Notes under the pieces: model-generated
Database searches by the model: none
The model's input: only the letters and a program-made list of their open reading frames with translations
What the model was told of the DNA's origin: nothing
Made by a program: the position numbers and the translations under genes
Virus record (IMG/VR): IMGVR_UViG_3300032224_000970
Coordinates: 64,001-128,000 of that record
DNA: 64,000 nucleotides
Direction: 5' to 3' (one strand)
Origin: a virus
In this document: positions 10,072 to 19,575 of the stretch, piece by piece
Numbering within the stretch: position 1 is the first letter of the stretch
How the letters are laid out: each line of letters opens with the position of its first letter

Positions 10072-10220
10072 TCACCATACGTTTAACAAATGAAGATGGA
10101 ACTTTTGTTGAACATCATTTTGCAAACTTTGACGATGCTGTAGCATTTTACAAAGATAACTTCGAGTTAGTTTATAAGGCAGAGGTACTAGAAATAAATG
10201 AAAATTGCGATCATCACTGA
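10068..10220 (+). CDS. small hypothetical protein (50 aa, absent from the ORF track)
   Basis: MITIRLTNEDGTFVEHHF...; ATGA overlap with the upstream stop and fills the gap to gp47. Confidence 0.5.
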   Translation: MITIRLTNEDGTFVEHHFANFDDAVAFYKDNFELVYKAEVLEINENCDHH

Positions 10221-11253
10221 CCAACACTTTGGTGCTAGGAATGACAGTATAGCATTCCTAGATTTTTTTGAAAGGTTCTACAATGATATATTCTTTAGTA
10301 ATCTGGACGCTAATAATATTGAACATCTTCTTATCCTTGGTGATACTTTTGACAGACGAAAATATGTAAACTTCTATTCGCTGCAACGTGCGAAAGAAAT
10401 GTTCTTTGATAAACTTGAAGAACGTGGTATCACTGTTCATATGCTCGCTGGCAATCATGACACTTACTATAAGAATACCAATGATGTAAACTCACCTGAT
10501 CTTCTTCTACGTGAGTATGCAAACATTACAGTTATTGATACACCACAGACCATCACAATTGATGGAACGAAAATCTGTATGATGCCATGGATCTGTCCAG
10601 AGAACTATCAAGAATCATTGGATCATATTCAAACTACCGATGCCGAAATTTGTATGGGGCATTTTGAGATTGCTGGCTTCGCAATGTATAGAGGGATGGA
10701 ATCACATGATGGTTTATCTAAAGATCTTTTTAATAAGTTTGATCTCGTATTTTCTGGGCATTATCACCATCGCTCTAGTGATAAACACATTCATTATCTC
10801 GGAAACCCATATGAACTTACTTGGCAAGATTTTAATGATCCCCGAGGATTCCATCTGTTCGATCTATCAACAAGAGAACTTGGATTCATTCAAAATCCTT
10901 ATACAATGTTCTGTAGAATCGAATACGACGATAAAGAGCAAGAGCCACTTGATCTAGACACACTTGACCTAAAGAACATGTATGTTAAGTTGATTGTAGT
11001 CAACAAAACTGACTATTATAAATTTGACAAATTCATTCAGAAGCTGTATAATAAGGGAAGTCACGAGATCAAGATTGTTGAGAATCTATCTGAGTTTGAG
11101 GATGGTGAAGTCGGTGAAGAAATCAATCTTGAAGATACACTAAGTGTTCTTTCAAACTATATCGACTCTGTACAAACTGATGTTGATAAAGAACAAGTTA
11201 AAACATATATGAAGTCTCTATACACTGAGGCAGTTAACGTAGAGGTGGTATAA
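10198..11253 (+). CDS. gp47: recombination endonuclease subunit gp47 (Mre11/SbcD-like)
   Basis: TDQHFG, LGDTFDRR, GNHD and SGHYH phosphoesterase motifs. Confidence 0.97.
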   Translation: MKIAIITDQHFGARNDSIAFLDFFERFYNDIFFSNLDANNIEHLLILGDTFDRRKYVNFYSLQRAKEMFFDKLEERGITVHMLAGNHDTYYKNTNDVNSPDLLLREYANITVIDTPQTITIDGTKICMMPWICPENYQESLDHIQTTDAEICMGHFEIAGFAMYRGMESHDGLSKDLFNKFDLVFSGHYHHRSSDKHIHYLGNPYELTWQDFNDPRGFHLFDLSTRELGFIQNPYTMFCRIEYDDKEQEPLDLDTLDLKNMYVKLIVVNKTDYYKFDKFIQKLYNKGSHEIKIVENLSEFEDGEVGEEINLEDTLSVLSNYIDSVQTDVDKEQVKTYMKSLYTEAVNVEVV

Positions 11254-11573
11254 TGCAACAGCTAGAGATTAAATTCTTTTGGCCATTGACAGAACAGATT
11301 CCGCTGGACTTGGATTTTAAACCAAGCGAAGATTATGAAGATGAGAAAAGAGCAGTTAGGTATTGGGCAAACAATACCATCGCTTCAGGAATTTATCTTC
11401 TCTCGAATGGTGGTACTGGTGGTACCTGGACAACTATCTCAAAAGATCTTGGTGAACCATCATTTACTATTGATGTTGACTATACACCAATTACTATTAA
11501 GTCAAAAGAAAAACCAAACTTTATTAAAAGATACATCTACAAAATGTTGGGTATGAAATGGAAGGCTAAATGA
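11253..11573 (+). CDS. hypothetical protein
   Basis: ORF coupled between gp47 and gp46. Confidence 0.55.
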   Translation: MQQLEIKFFWPLTEQIPLDLDFKPSEDYEDEKRAVRYWANNTIASGIYLLSNGGTGGTWTTISKDLGEPSFTIDVDYTPITIKSKEKPNFIKRYIYKMLGMKWKAK

Positions 11574-13285
11574 TCATTTTCAAATCTGTTGAGTGGAAGA
11601 ATTTCCTATCAACTGGTAATTCACCAAATAAAGTATTACTGGATAAATCATCAACTACGTTAATCATCGGCAAGAATGGTGAAGGTAAAAGTACAATCTT
11701 AGATGCATTGTGCTTCTCGTTGTTTGGTAAACCTTTCCGTAACATCAACAAGAATCAACTTATCAACAGTATCAATGGTAAGGGGTGTCTAGTCACAATT
11801 GAATTTTCTATAGGATCAAAAGATTATAAAATTGTACGTGGAATAAAACCAAATTTGTTTGAGATTTACTGTGATGGTGAGATGTTGAATCAAGAAGCAG
11901 CAAGTCGTGACTATCAAAAGGTTCTCGAGCAACAGATCCTACGTCTCAACTATAAGACATTCACGCAGGTAGTTATCCTTGGCTCTGCTTCCTTTGTTCC
12001 TTTTATGCAGCTGCCTTCTGGACAACGCAGAGAAGTTATCGAAGACATCCTTGACATTCGTATCTTCTCTACAATGAATACGATATTAAAAGATAAAGCG
12101 CAGGAAACTAAAGATGCTATTGCCAAAATCGAAAATGAAATCTCCGCTGCAAAGACGAAGGTCGACTCACAACAAGCGATCATTAAAACAATTGCTGAAG
12201 CGAAAACGAATGCCATCGAAAATATCAGAGCGAAAATTTCTGCAAACACTGCTGAGATTTTATCTGGTGAGATCGAGATATCTACCATCTTGGAGGAGAT
12301 CGATACTCTTAAAGCAAGCATCAATGACAAGGAAACTGTTGCTGAAGACATCGACAAAGCAAAGTCGTTCAGAAGTAAATTTCTCCAGCAAATTGAAACA
12401 TGTGAGCATAACTCAGAATTCTTTAACTCACATGATGTTTGCCCTTCATGTAGACAAGGTATACCTGAGGAACATAAATCGAACATTGTCGAAGATCTTA
12501 ATTCGCAGTTGGTGGAACAGAACAGAAAAGTTGGTGAACTCGAAACAGTTCTCTCCCGCCTTAATGAAAATCTACGTAAGATTACTGAAATCCAATCAAA
12601 GATTACCGAAAAGAATATTGAATTATCGACTAAAAACTCTGCGATCTCCTTACTCAATAAACAGATAAAAACTTTACAAGAGGAAGTTGAAAGCGCAAAG
12701 AATGACACAGCAAATCTTGACGAAGAGAAAGCAAAGTTAAAAGATCTTGCTACTGAAGCGATTAATAAGATTCACACAAAATCATCATTACTTGATCAAC
12801 GTAACTTGGAAGAAGTTGCTTCGGTATTGCTCAAGGATACTGGTATCAAGACAGCTATCATACGTGAGTATCTACCAGTGATGAACAAACTCATCAACAA
12901 GTATTTGAATGCAATGGATGCTTACATACACTTTGAGTTAGATGAGTCTTTCAATGAAGTAGTCAAGTCTCGTTATCGTGATGAGTTTACGTATGCGTCT
13001 TTCTCTGAAGGTGAGAAGATGCGTATTGACTTAGCGATTCTGTTTACTTGGCGTCAGATTGCAAAGATGAAGAACAGCGTGAACACAAACCTTCTGTTGC
13101 TTGATGAAATTTTTGATTCGTCACTTGACAATGCAGGAACTGACTACTTCCTTAACCTGATGAATCAGTTTGGCGAGAAGAGCAACATCTTTGTTATCTC
13201 CCACAAAGGCGACCAGCTGTTTGATAAGTTTAGGTCAGTCATCAAATTTGAGAAGCGCAACGACTTCTCTGTCATCGTACCCTAG
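11570..13285 (+). CDS. gp46: recombination endonuclease subunit gp46 (Rad50/SbcC-like)
   Basis: GKNGEGKS, CPSC zinc hook, FSEGEKMRID and LLDEIFDSSLD. Confidence 0.98.
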   Translation: MIIFKSVEWKNFLSTGNSPNKVLLDKSSTTLIIGKNGEGKSTILDALCFSLFGKPFRNINKNQLINSINGKGCLVTIEFSIGSKDYKIVRGIKPNLFEIYCDGEMLNQEAASRDYQKVLEQQILRLNYKTFTQVVILGSASFVPFMQLPSGQRREVIEDILDIRIFSTMNTILKDKAQETKDAIAKIENEISAAKTKVDSQQAIIKTIAEAKTNAIENIRAKISANTAEILSGEIEISTILEEIDTLKASINDKETVAEDIDKAKSFRSKFLQQIETCEHNSEFFNSHDVCPSCRQGIPEEHKSNIVEDLNSQLVEQNRKVGELETVLSRLNENLRKITEIQSKITEKNIELSTKNSAISLLNKQIKTLQEEVESAKNDTANLDEEKAKLKDLATEAINKIHTKSSLLDQRNLEEVASVLLKDTGIKTAIIREYLPVMNKLINKYLNAMDAYIHFELDESFNEVVKSRYRDEFTYASFSEGEKMRIDLAILFTWRQIAKMKNSVNTNLLLLDEIFDSSLDNAGTDYFLNLMNQFGEKSNIFVISHKGDQLFDKFRSVIKFEKRNDFSVIVP

Positions 13286-13300
13286 GAAAAAATCCTTTAA

Positions 13301-13373
13301 AATCAATGACTTACGCATTCCCCTACCCTCTGTAGGGGAATCGCTTTACTTTAATTCAACTTTAGGGCATAAT
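13301..13373 (+). promoter_or_regulatory. early promoter cassette copy 1: IHF-consensus box, CCCTAC-N5-GTAGGG palindrome, TTTACT-17-CATAAT
   Basis: AATCAATGACTTA (WATCAANNNNTTR) at 13301-13313, palindrome at 13321-13337, -35/-10 at 13345/13368. Confidence 0.7.
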
Positions 13374-13406
13374 TCCTGTATCGACTAAGAAAACGAAAGG
13401 GAAATT

Positions 13407-13601
13407 ATGTGGGACGACTTTAGCGACTACGAGCTAGTCGAGTTGGCTGGCTCTTATGGTCTTGAAGATTCAGTGGTCTTTGCAAACGATTTGAGTCTTG
13501 CAAACCGAGCCGAAGTAGAGAAGTTGTTGACTCTCGCTGAATATGACCTTGCCTTCCCGATTGAAATACTTGACAATAATTCAGAAGTAGAGTATAATTG
13601 A
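13407..13601 (+). CDS. small early hypothetical protein
   Basis: RBS AAGGG, follows the promoter. Confidence 0.55.
   Translation: MWDDFSDYELVELAGSYGLEDSVVFANDLSLANRAEVEKLLTLAEYDLAFPIEILDNNSEVEYN
13570..13598 (+). promoter_or_regulatory. consensus sigma70 promoter
   Basis: TTGACA-17 bp-TATAAT. Confidence 0.85.
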
Positions 13602-13623
13602 GTTATACACAAAGGACTATATT

Positions 13624-15813
13624 ATGAAAATGAATTCAGTTGACCTCGCTGCAAAACTTCTTGCAAACGAAAACATCACTGTGGTGCGTGCGAATGTTAG
13701 TACCGCATCCTTTGACATCAAATCCCGTGTTCTCACACTTCCGCAATGGAAGGACATGACTCCCGAACAAGAGCAGATGCTTGTCGGTCATGAAGTTGGA
13801 CACGCACTCTACACAACCGAAGAATATAGCGATAGCGTTAAAGAACAAATGTCGCTAATGGGTTACCTCAATGTGATCGAAGATGTACGCATCGAGAAAC
13901 TTATGAAGCGAGAGTATCCTGGTATCCGTAAGGTGATGGCTGAGGGTTATCGTCAGCTGAATGAAAAAGACTTTTTTGGTATCTCTAAAATTCCAGATCT
14001 GTCCTCACTCAATCTGATCGACCGCATCAACCTATACTTCAAAGCTGGTTATCAGTGTGGTGTTCGATTCACTGCTGAAGAGAAAGTGCTTGTAGATGCA
14101 GTTGAACGTACCGAATCTGTAGAAGAAGTTATTGACCTTGCGAAGAAGGTATATGACTTCTCGAAGGCATCTGCCGAGAAGAAAATGAGTGAGCGTAAAC
14201 TCAACATCACTGCAGAAGATCTACAAGAACAAGAAGATGAATTTGATGAATTTAATGACAATCTTGATTATGAAGATTTGATTGCTGATGGTGAGATCGA
14301 TCCTGATCTTGATGCGGAAGACGATTACAATCGTACACCATCTATCGGTCGTGATATGCGCACTCCCGAACAGAAAGAAGCTGATAGCAAAGCACAAGAA
14401 GAAAAACAAATAGAGAAAGAGTTGGAGTCTATCACCGAAAAAACATTCCAAGAAAAATTGGAAGCACTTGCTGATACTGATACTGAATACTTCTACTACA
14501 ACTTAGAAGAGAACTACAAGTTTGATCCTATCGTTGACTACAAACGTATTTTGCGTGAGACTGTTTTAGTAGAAGACCAGCTGAAAGGAAATGCAGCTGC
14601 TAAAGAAAAATTGGAACAGTTTAAGGTTGACTCTTCACGTATTGTGAGTTACTTAATCAAAGAATTTGAGATGCGTAAGAGTGCGACTCTTTACAAACGT
14701 GCTCAGGTCTCTAAGAGTGGTTCTCTGGATATGACCAAAGTTTGGTCTTACAAATTGAATGAGGATTTGTTCAAACGTGTAACTACCATCCCTCAGGGTA
14801 AAAACCATGGTATGGTTTTCTTGCTTGACTGGTCTGGTTCTATGGATTATGTTTTGAATGACACTATGAAACAGGTAATTAGTCTTGCGATGTTCTGCCA
14901 TCGTGCGCAAATTCCTTATCAGGTTCTTGCATTCTCATCACAGTACTCAATCTTTGGTGATGATACTGGTTACAAGATGAATGATCTTAGACGTGAGTTC
15001 TACCATTCAAACAAAGATGAAAAATTGAATTCCAAAATTTCAAAACTTGGTAATGCTGTAAATGCATTCGCACTGTTGGAATTGTTCTCTAGCAAAATGA
15101 GTAACGTAGAATTCAATACAATGATGCGTCGTTTCATTGACCCATATATGCTGCGTTACATTCCAGGTAACCAGTATACAACTGGTGGTACACCATTGAA
15201 CGAAGCACTCGGTTATATGGTGTCTTACTTGCCGAAGTTTGCCAAAACTAACAACGTGGAAAAAATGTCACTGATTACATTGACAGATGGCGAAGGTCAT
15301 ATGCTTGACACTGATAATGGTACTCGATTCAAGAGTTTTGGATATAACAATGACTACAGCAAGAAAAGAAATATGCGTCACTTCTTGCAAGATCCGCAAA
15401 CGAAAAAGACATATGAGGTTGCTGATAATGGTTTCAGTCAAACCGAATCGATTATCCGTATGATGAAAGATCGTTATAACATTAACATCATTGGCTTCTA
15501 TATCTGCGAGAATGGTCGTCGTGCACTGGGTAATGCTATTCGTGCAAACATTCCAGGCTATGCTGGTAGCGTTGATGTGTTGGTTGACATCTGGCGTAAC
15601 CAATTTCGTGACTATGGTTTTGCTTCAGTCAAGAGCAGTGGACGTGATGACCTGTTTATTGTTCCTATGAACAAACTCAAAGTTGAGGATGGTGAAATGG
15701 AAGTTGCGGAGAAGCAAACTGCAAAACAGATTGCAAGGTCTTTCACCAAACACCTGACTGGACGCAAGACTTCTCGAGTCCTGTTGAACCAGTTTATCGG
15801 CTACGTAGCGTAG
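13624..15813 (+). CDS. CobT-like protein: N-terminal HExxH metallopeptidase-like domain and C-terminal VWA domain
   Basis: GHEVGHALYT; MIDAS motif LLDWSGSM; GGTPLNEAL; LTDGEG. Confidence 0.88.
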   Translation: MKMNSVDLAAKLLANENITVVRANVSTASFDIKSRVLTLPQWKDMTPEQEQMLVGHEVGHALYTTEEYSDSVKEQMSLMGYLNVIEDVRIEKLMKREYPGIRKVMAEGYRQLNEKDFFGISKIPDLSSLNLIDRINLYFKAGYQCGVRFTAEEKVLVDAVERTESVEEVIDLAKKVYDFSKASAEKKMSERKLNITAEDLQEQEDEFDEFNDNLDYEDLIADGEIDPDLDAEDDYNRTPSIGRDMRTPEQKEADSKAQEEKQIEKELESITEKTFQEKLEALADTDTEYFYYNLEENYKFDPIVDYKRILRETVLVEDQLKGNAAAKEKLEQFKVDSSRIVSYLIKEFEMRKSATLYKRAQVSKSGSLDMTKVWSYKLNEDLFKRVTTIPQGKNHGMVFLLDWSGSMDYVLNDTMKQVISLAMFCHRAQIPYQVLAFSSQYSIFGDDTGYKMNDLRREFYHSNKDEKLNSKISKLGNAVNAFALLELFSSKMSNVEFNTMMRRFIDPYMLRYIPGNQYTTGGTPLNEALGYMVSYLPKFAKTNNVEKMSLITLTDGEGHMLDTDNGTRFKSFGYNNDYSKKRNMRHFLQDPQTKKTYEVADNGFSQTESIIRMMKDRYNINIIGFYICENGRRALGNAIRANIPGYAGSVDVLVDIWRNQFRDYGFASVKSSGRDDLFIVPMNKLKVEDGEMEVAEKQTAKQIARSFTKHLTGRKTSRVLLNQFIGYVA

Positions 15814-15822
15814 AGAGGGCTA

Positions 15823-15886
15823 AAAAAGTCCTTTAAAATCAATGACTTACGGAGTGCTTTACTTTAATTCAGAACTAGGGTATAAT
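15823..15886 (+). promoter_or_regulatory. early promoter cassette copy 2: IHF-consensus box and TTTACT-17-TATAAT
   Basis: aaaagtcctttaaAATCAATGACTTAc followed by gtgctttactttaattc...tataat. Confidence 0.75.
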
Positions 15887-15935
15887 TCTCTTGTAGGCTT
15901 GTGAAATGTTGTTAACTTTATGATGGAGAAAATTG

Positions 15936-17093
15936 ATGGCTAAAATTACCGAAGGTCAGAAGGCAGTTTTTGAAGAGAAACTCTTTGCAAAATTTCCTGA
16001 TGTCAAAACCACTAAGACTGTGACACGTAAACAGTTGCTTGAGATTCGTGAGGAAATGGGTAACCAGTTCCATCCTTTGTGGCTCATGCAAAATGTTATC
16101 GGTCGTGGCTTGTATGCAATCGATGGTGGTGCAGCTACCCCTGTCGTTATCGGCAATACCGTAACTAAACCTGTACAGAAAGCAGAATCATTCGTGGTTG
16201 ATTATACTGATATTGATGCGTTGATCCCGAAGAAGGATTCAAATTTTGTTCCTTTCGGTAACTTTTCTGATGTTGAAAACATTATCAAGGCAGGTATTTT
16301 TTATCCTTCCTACATCAGTGGTCCTACTGGGAATGGTAAGTCAACGATGATTGAGCAGATCTGTGCCAAGCACAAGAAGCCACTCATTCGTGTTAACCTG
16401 AATATGATGACTGACGAAGAACAGCTGATCGGTTCAAAAACACTGATCGAAGGTAACGTGCAGATCGTTGAGGGTCCAGTCCTGATTGCAATGCGCACTG
16501 GTTGCACTTTGCTGCTTGACGAAATTGACGCTGGCTCTGCAAATACTTTGCTGTGCTTGCAACCGATTCTTGAGGGTAAGCCATATTACTTCAAACTCAA
16601 GAATGAAATGATTGTTCCTGCTGCTGGTTTCAATATCATTGCAACTGCGAACACTAAGGGTAAAGGTTCAGACGATGGTCGTTACATCGGTACCAACGTG
16701 CTGAACGAAGCATTCTTGGAACGATTTGCTGTTACATTCGAACAAGAATATCCGAATGCCAAAGTTGAAGTTAAGATTATCAAGAATCTGATGGAAACTT
16801 ATGCATGTGTTGACGAAGAGTTTGCAAATACCCTTGTTAAGTGGGCTGAAGCAATTCGTCGCACCTTTGATGATGGTGGTGTGGATGAGACGATCACGAC
16901 TCGTCGTATGACTCATATCGTTCGTGCCTTTGCAATCTTCAAAGACCGTAAGAAGGCAGTTGAACTTTGCTGCAATCGTTTTGACTCTGCAACGAAACTT
17001 GCATTCCAGGATCTGTTTGAGAAGGTATCAAACCCTGTGGTCGAGCCAGTTGCAGCACCTCAACCGACTGCAACAGATGAAGTGCCATTTTAA
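15936..17093 (+). CDS. CobS-like / MoxR-family AAA+ ATPase
   Basis: GPTGNGKS, LLLDEID, ATANTKGKGSDDGRY and EAFLERF motifs. Confidence 0.92.
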   Translation: MAKITEGQKAVFEEKLFAKFPDVKTTKTVTRKQLLEIREEMGNQFHPLWLMQNVIGRGLYAIDGGAATPVVIGNTVTKPVQKAESFVVDYTDIDALIPKKDSNFVPFGNFSDVENIIKAGIFYPSYISGPTGNGKSTMIEQICAKHKKPLIRVNLNMMTDEEQLIGSKTLIEGNVQIVEGPVLIAMRTGCTLLLDEIDAGSANTLLCLQPILEGKPYYFKLKNEMIVPAAGFNIIATANTKGKGSDDGRYIGTNVLNEAFLERFAVTFEQEYPNAKVEVKIIKNLMETYACVDEEFANTLVKWAEAIRRTFDDGGVDETITTRRMTHIVRAFAIFKDRKKAVELCCNRFDSATKLAFQDLFEKVSNPVVEPVAAPQPTATDEVPF

Positions 17094-17095
17094 AT

Positions 17096-17124
17096 TTGAC
17101 ATTTATTCAAAAGTGTAGTATACT
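17096..17124 (+). promoter_or_regulatory. sigma70-type promoter
   Basis: TTGACA-17 bp-TATACT. Confidence 0.8.
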
Positions 17125-17154
17125 TCTATTGTTAACTTGATAAAGGAATTGATT

Positions 17155-17637
17155 ATGAAAAAATTTGCTGACCTGTCCAAAGCCCAGAAACAATTTTGCG
17201 TGCGTATTTTGGATGTATGTCCTCAATACCGTAAGCAGAAAGATCTGACATGGAAGGAACTGCTTGCTGGTTACTTCTTGCTGAAAGACCAACGTAAGCA
17301 AACTGGCGAGAAGATTGGTTTCCCGATGTGGCTTCAGAAAACTAATATCGTGGGACGTGGTACTTATCAAATGCCATGGCCAACTGATAAAGAACTTTCT
17401 GACTACGTCGCAGCCAAGACTGCACCTAAAGCTGTTAAGCAGCCGAAGGTTGCCAAAGTCAAGGTAGCCAAAGTTAAAGCAACTAAGACTGTAGCAAAAT
17501 CTAAACCTGCTGCACCTGTTGCTGATACGGATCTCGGTAAGTCTCGTTTGCAATCTATCATCGATGACTCAGTGTCTCATGATGCAGACGAAGAAGACTT
17601 TAACCAGATCCTGCGTGAGAATGGTATCGAAGTCTAA
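17155..17637 (+). CDS. hypothetical protein with a basic Lys/Ala/Val-rich linker
   Basis: RBS AAGGA; the PMWL...VGRGTY segment resembles the N-terminus of the upstream CobS-like protein (PLWL...IGRGLY). Confidence 0.6.
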   Translation: MKKFADLSKAQKQFCVRILDVCPQYRKQKDLTWKELLAGYFLLKDQRKQTGEKIGFPMWLQKTNIVGRGTYQMPWPTDKELSDYVAAKTAPKAVKQPKVAKVKVAKVKATKTVAKSKPAAPVADTDLGKSRLQSIIDDSVSHDADEEDFNQILRENGIEV

Positions 17638-17652
17638 TTTTAGATTTCTCTA

Positions 17653-17703
17653 ATCGGGTAGAGGGAAAGCCATCCCCTCTCCCGATCTTTTTATTTTGAT
17701 GGC
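17653..17703 (+). other. hairpin/terminator able to form an H-type pseudoknot
   Basis: 12-bp stem 17653-17665/17675-17686; loop GCCATC (17669-17674) is complementary to GATGGC (17698-17703). Confidence 0.55.
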
Positions 17704-17725
17704 GTGTTAATTATGGAGACATTAT

Positions 17726-17995
17726 ATGTCCAAACAAGCAAAGTTGTTGTCTTATTTGCAGTCTGGTAATGAAGTGACTGTTAAACAGATTTCTGGTGTG
17801 TTCGGTATCGCTCACCCAGCATCTGCAATTCGTAACCTACGTGAGCAAGGCTACTGCGTTTACACTAACGCTGCTAAACTCTCTGATGGTACTCGTACTA
17901 CTAAGTACCGTATCGGTGCTCCAAGCAAGCGTATGATTCGTCTCGTGAATCTTATCGCTGGTGCATCTGCTTTTACCGCACAGCGTAAAGGCTAA
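17726..17995 (+). CDS. winged HTH DNA-binding protein
   Basis: LLSYLQSGNEVTVKQI...ASAIRNLREQGYCVY wHTH pattern. Confidence 0.75.
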   Translation: MSKQAKLLSYLQSGNEVTVKQISGVFGIAHPASAIRNLREQGYCVYTNAAKLSDGTRTTKYRIGAPSKRMIRLVNLIAGASAFTAQRKG

Positions 17996-18004
17996 TTGAG
18001 TAAC

Positions 18005-18040
18005 TGAGTCTGGGTATCTCTAGGTACTCAGACTCATTTT
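18005..18040 (+). terminator. rho-independent terminator
   Basis: tgagtctgggta / tactcagactca stem followed by TTTT. Confidence 0.75.
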
Positions 18041-18053
18041 ATTATGGGATACT

Positions 18054-18392
18054 ATGGTAACTAAACAAGAAATAGAGAAGTCCCAAACAGCTACGACTGG
18101 TGGGCGAAAATTTGATGGTAACAAACTTGAATATGGTTTGTTACCTCCACTTGCATTGAAAGCAACAGTAGAGATTCTGACTTTCGGTGCACAAAAATAT
18201 GAACGGGACAACTGGATACGTGTTCCCGATTCAAAGCGTAGATACTTTGACGCAATGCAAAGACATCTATGGGCATGGAAAGAGGGAGAACAAAACGATC
18301 CCGAGACTGGTAAGAATCACTTGGCGCATGCAATGTGCTGCCTAATGTTCTTGTATGAGCATGATGTAAAGTATTCAAAGGATGAAAAATGA
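18054..18392 (+). CDS. dATP/dGTP diphosphohydrolase-domain protein (DUF5664-like)
   Basis: KFDGNKLEYGLLP, FGAQKY..DNW, AMQRHLWAW..GE..DPETGKNHLAHA. Confidence 0.85.
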   Translation: MVTKQEIEKSQTATTGGRKFDGNKLEYGLLPPLALKATVEILTFGAQKYERDNWIRVPDSKRRYFDAMQRHLWAWKEGEQNDPETGKNHLAHAMCCLMFLYEHDVKYSKDEK

Positions 18393-18790
18393 TTGAGTGC
18401 ATCATAGCAGGTGATAGTATCGCAGTCGGCATTGCTAATGTTCGTAAAGAATGTGTTGCGTATGCAAAGGGTGGTATCAACTCAAAGAACTGGTTGAACA
18501 GCAATATTCAAAACACACCATTGGTCGCTAAGCATGTTATCATCTCTCTTGGATCTAATGACCACAAAGGAATCAAGACAGAAGAAGAACTGCGTACGAT
18601 TCGCAAACTAACAAATGCTGATAGAGTATTTTGGGTTATGCCTAGCACCAAGTTTCCAATTCAAAGAGAAGCAATCGTGAAGATTGCCAATGAATATCAC
18701 GATACTGTTTTGAGAACAGAAAGAATGCAAGAAGATAATGTCCATCCTTCTTGGGCAGGATATAAAGAAATTGCCAAAGCAACTGAATAA
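18389..18790 (+). CDS. SGNH/GDSL hydrolase-like protein
   Basis: GDSIA, SLGSND and DNVHP catalytic blocks. Confidence 0.8.
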   Translation: MIECIIAGDSIAVGIANVRKECVAYAKGGINSKNWLNSNIQNTPLVAKHVIISLGSNDHKGIKTEEELRTIRKLTNADRVFWVMPSTKFPIQREAIVKIANEYHDTVLRTERMQEDNVHPSWAGYKEIAKATE

Positions 18791-18792
18791 AT

Positions 18793-18821
18793 TTTACTTA
18801 TACTCAAATCTGGAGTATAAT
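18793..18821 (+). promoter_or_regulatory. sigma70-type promoter
   Basis: TTTACT-17 bp-TATAAT upstream of gp45. Confidence 0.7.
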
Positions 18822-18862
18822 AATTTATACATAGTAATGTGTTTAATTGAATGGAGAATCAA

Positions 18863-19525
18863 ATGAAATTAAGTAAAGATACGGTATCACTTTTTAAGAA
18901 CTTTGCTGGAATCAATAGCAACTTGTTGTTGAAGCATGGTAATAAACTTGCCACCATCTCATCTCAAAAGAATGTTATGTCCGATACAGTCGTGACTGAA
19001 ACATTCCCCATCGACTTCGGTATCTATGATCTGAATGAGTTTCTTGGAGCAATGTCCTTGTTCGAAGATCCTGAGTTGGATTTTGGTGAGAAGTTTGTTA
19101 CCATCAAAGAAGGTAACTCTAGCATTAAGTATTTCGCTGCAGACCCAAGCGTACTTACTGCACCACAGAAAGCAATCACATTCCCCAATGCAGATATCGA
19201 CTTCACGATGACATCTACAATGTTGAATATGATTCAGAAGACCGCATCTGTTCTTCGTGCAACTGATCTTATCATTGTTGGTGATGGTAGCAAGATGGTT
19301 ATCCAAGTTGGCGACAAGAAGAATGCCACTGGTAATACTTACAATGCTCAGGTAGGTAACACAGATAAGACTTTCAAAGTATTTGTGAAAGTAGAAAACC
19401 TAAAGATGCTTCCTGGCGATTATCTTGTCAGCATCTCAAGTAAGAAGATCTCTCGCTTCAAAGCAACATCTAGCGACTTGGTTTACTACGTCGCAGTTGA
19501 AGCAGATTCAACATTTGAGTTTTGA
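18863..19525 (+). CDS. gp45: sliding clamp gp45
   Basis: MKLSKDT..FKNFAGIN, FGIYDLNEFL, ENLKMLPGDY and YYVAVE motifs. Confidence 0.96.
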   Translation: MKLSKDTVSLFKNFAGINSNLLLKHGNKLATISSQKNVMSDTVVTETFPIDFGIYDLNEFLGAMSLFEDPELDFGEKFVTIKEGNSSIKYFAADPSVLTAPQKAITFPNADIDFTMTSTMLNMIQKTASVLRATDLIIVGDGSKMVIQVGDKKNATGNTYNAQVGNTDKTFKVFVKVENLKMLPGDYLVSISSKKISRFKATSSDLVYYVAVEADSTFEF

Positions 19526-19575
19526 TTATGACAGGGGTGACTCCCCTGTTCCCTTTATTATGCTTGGAGTGATAT

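Noticed and set aside
13624-17093. Cobalamin-biosynthesis auxiliary genes
   Set aside because: No CobN or other cob genes in the window; phage CobS/CobT-like pairs are better read as generic MoxR/VWA systems
18054-18392. Evidence for a Z-base or 7-deazaguanine genome
   Set aside because: No purZ, dpdA or que genes in the window; one hydrolase domain is not enough
19531-19570. Pseudoknot sequestering the gp44 SD (ACTCC with GGAGT)
   Set aside because: Only 5 bp and it competes with the hairpin stem; a plain stem-loop explains it equally well
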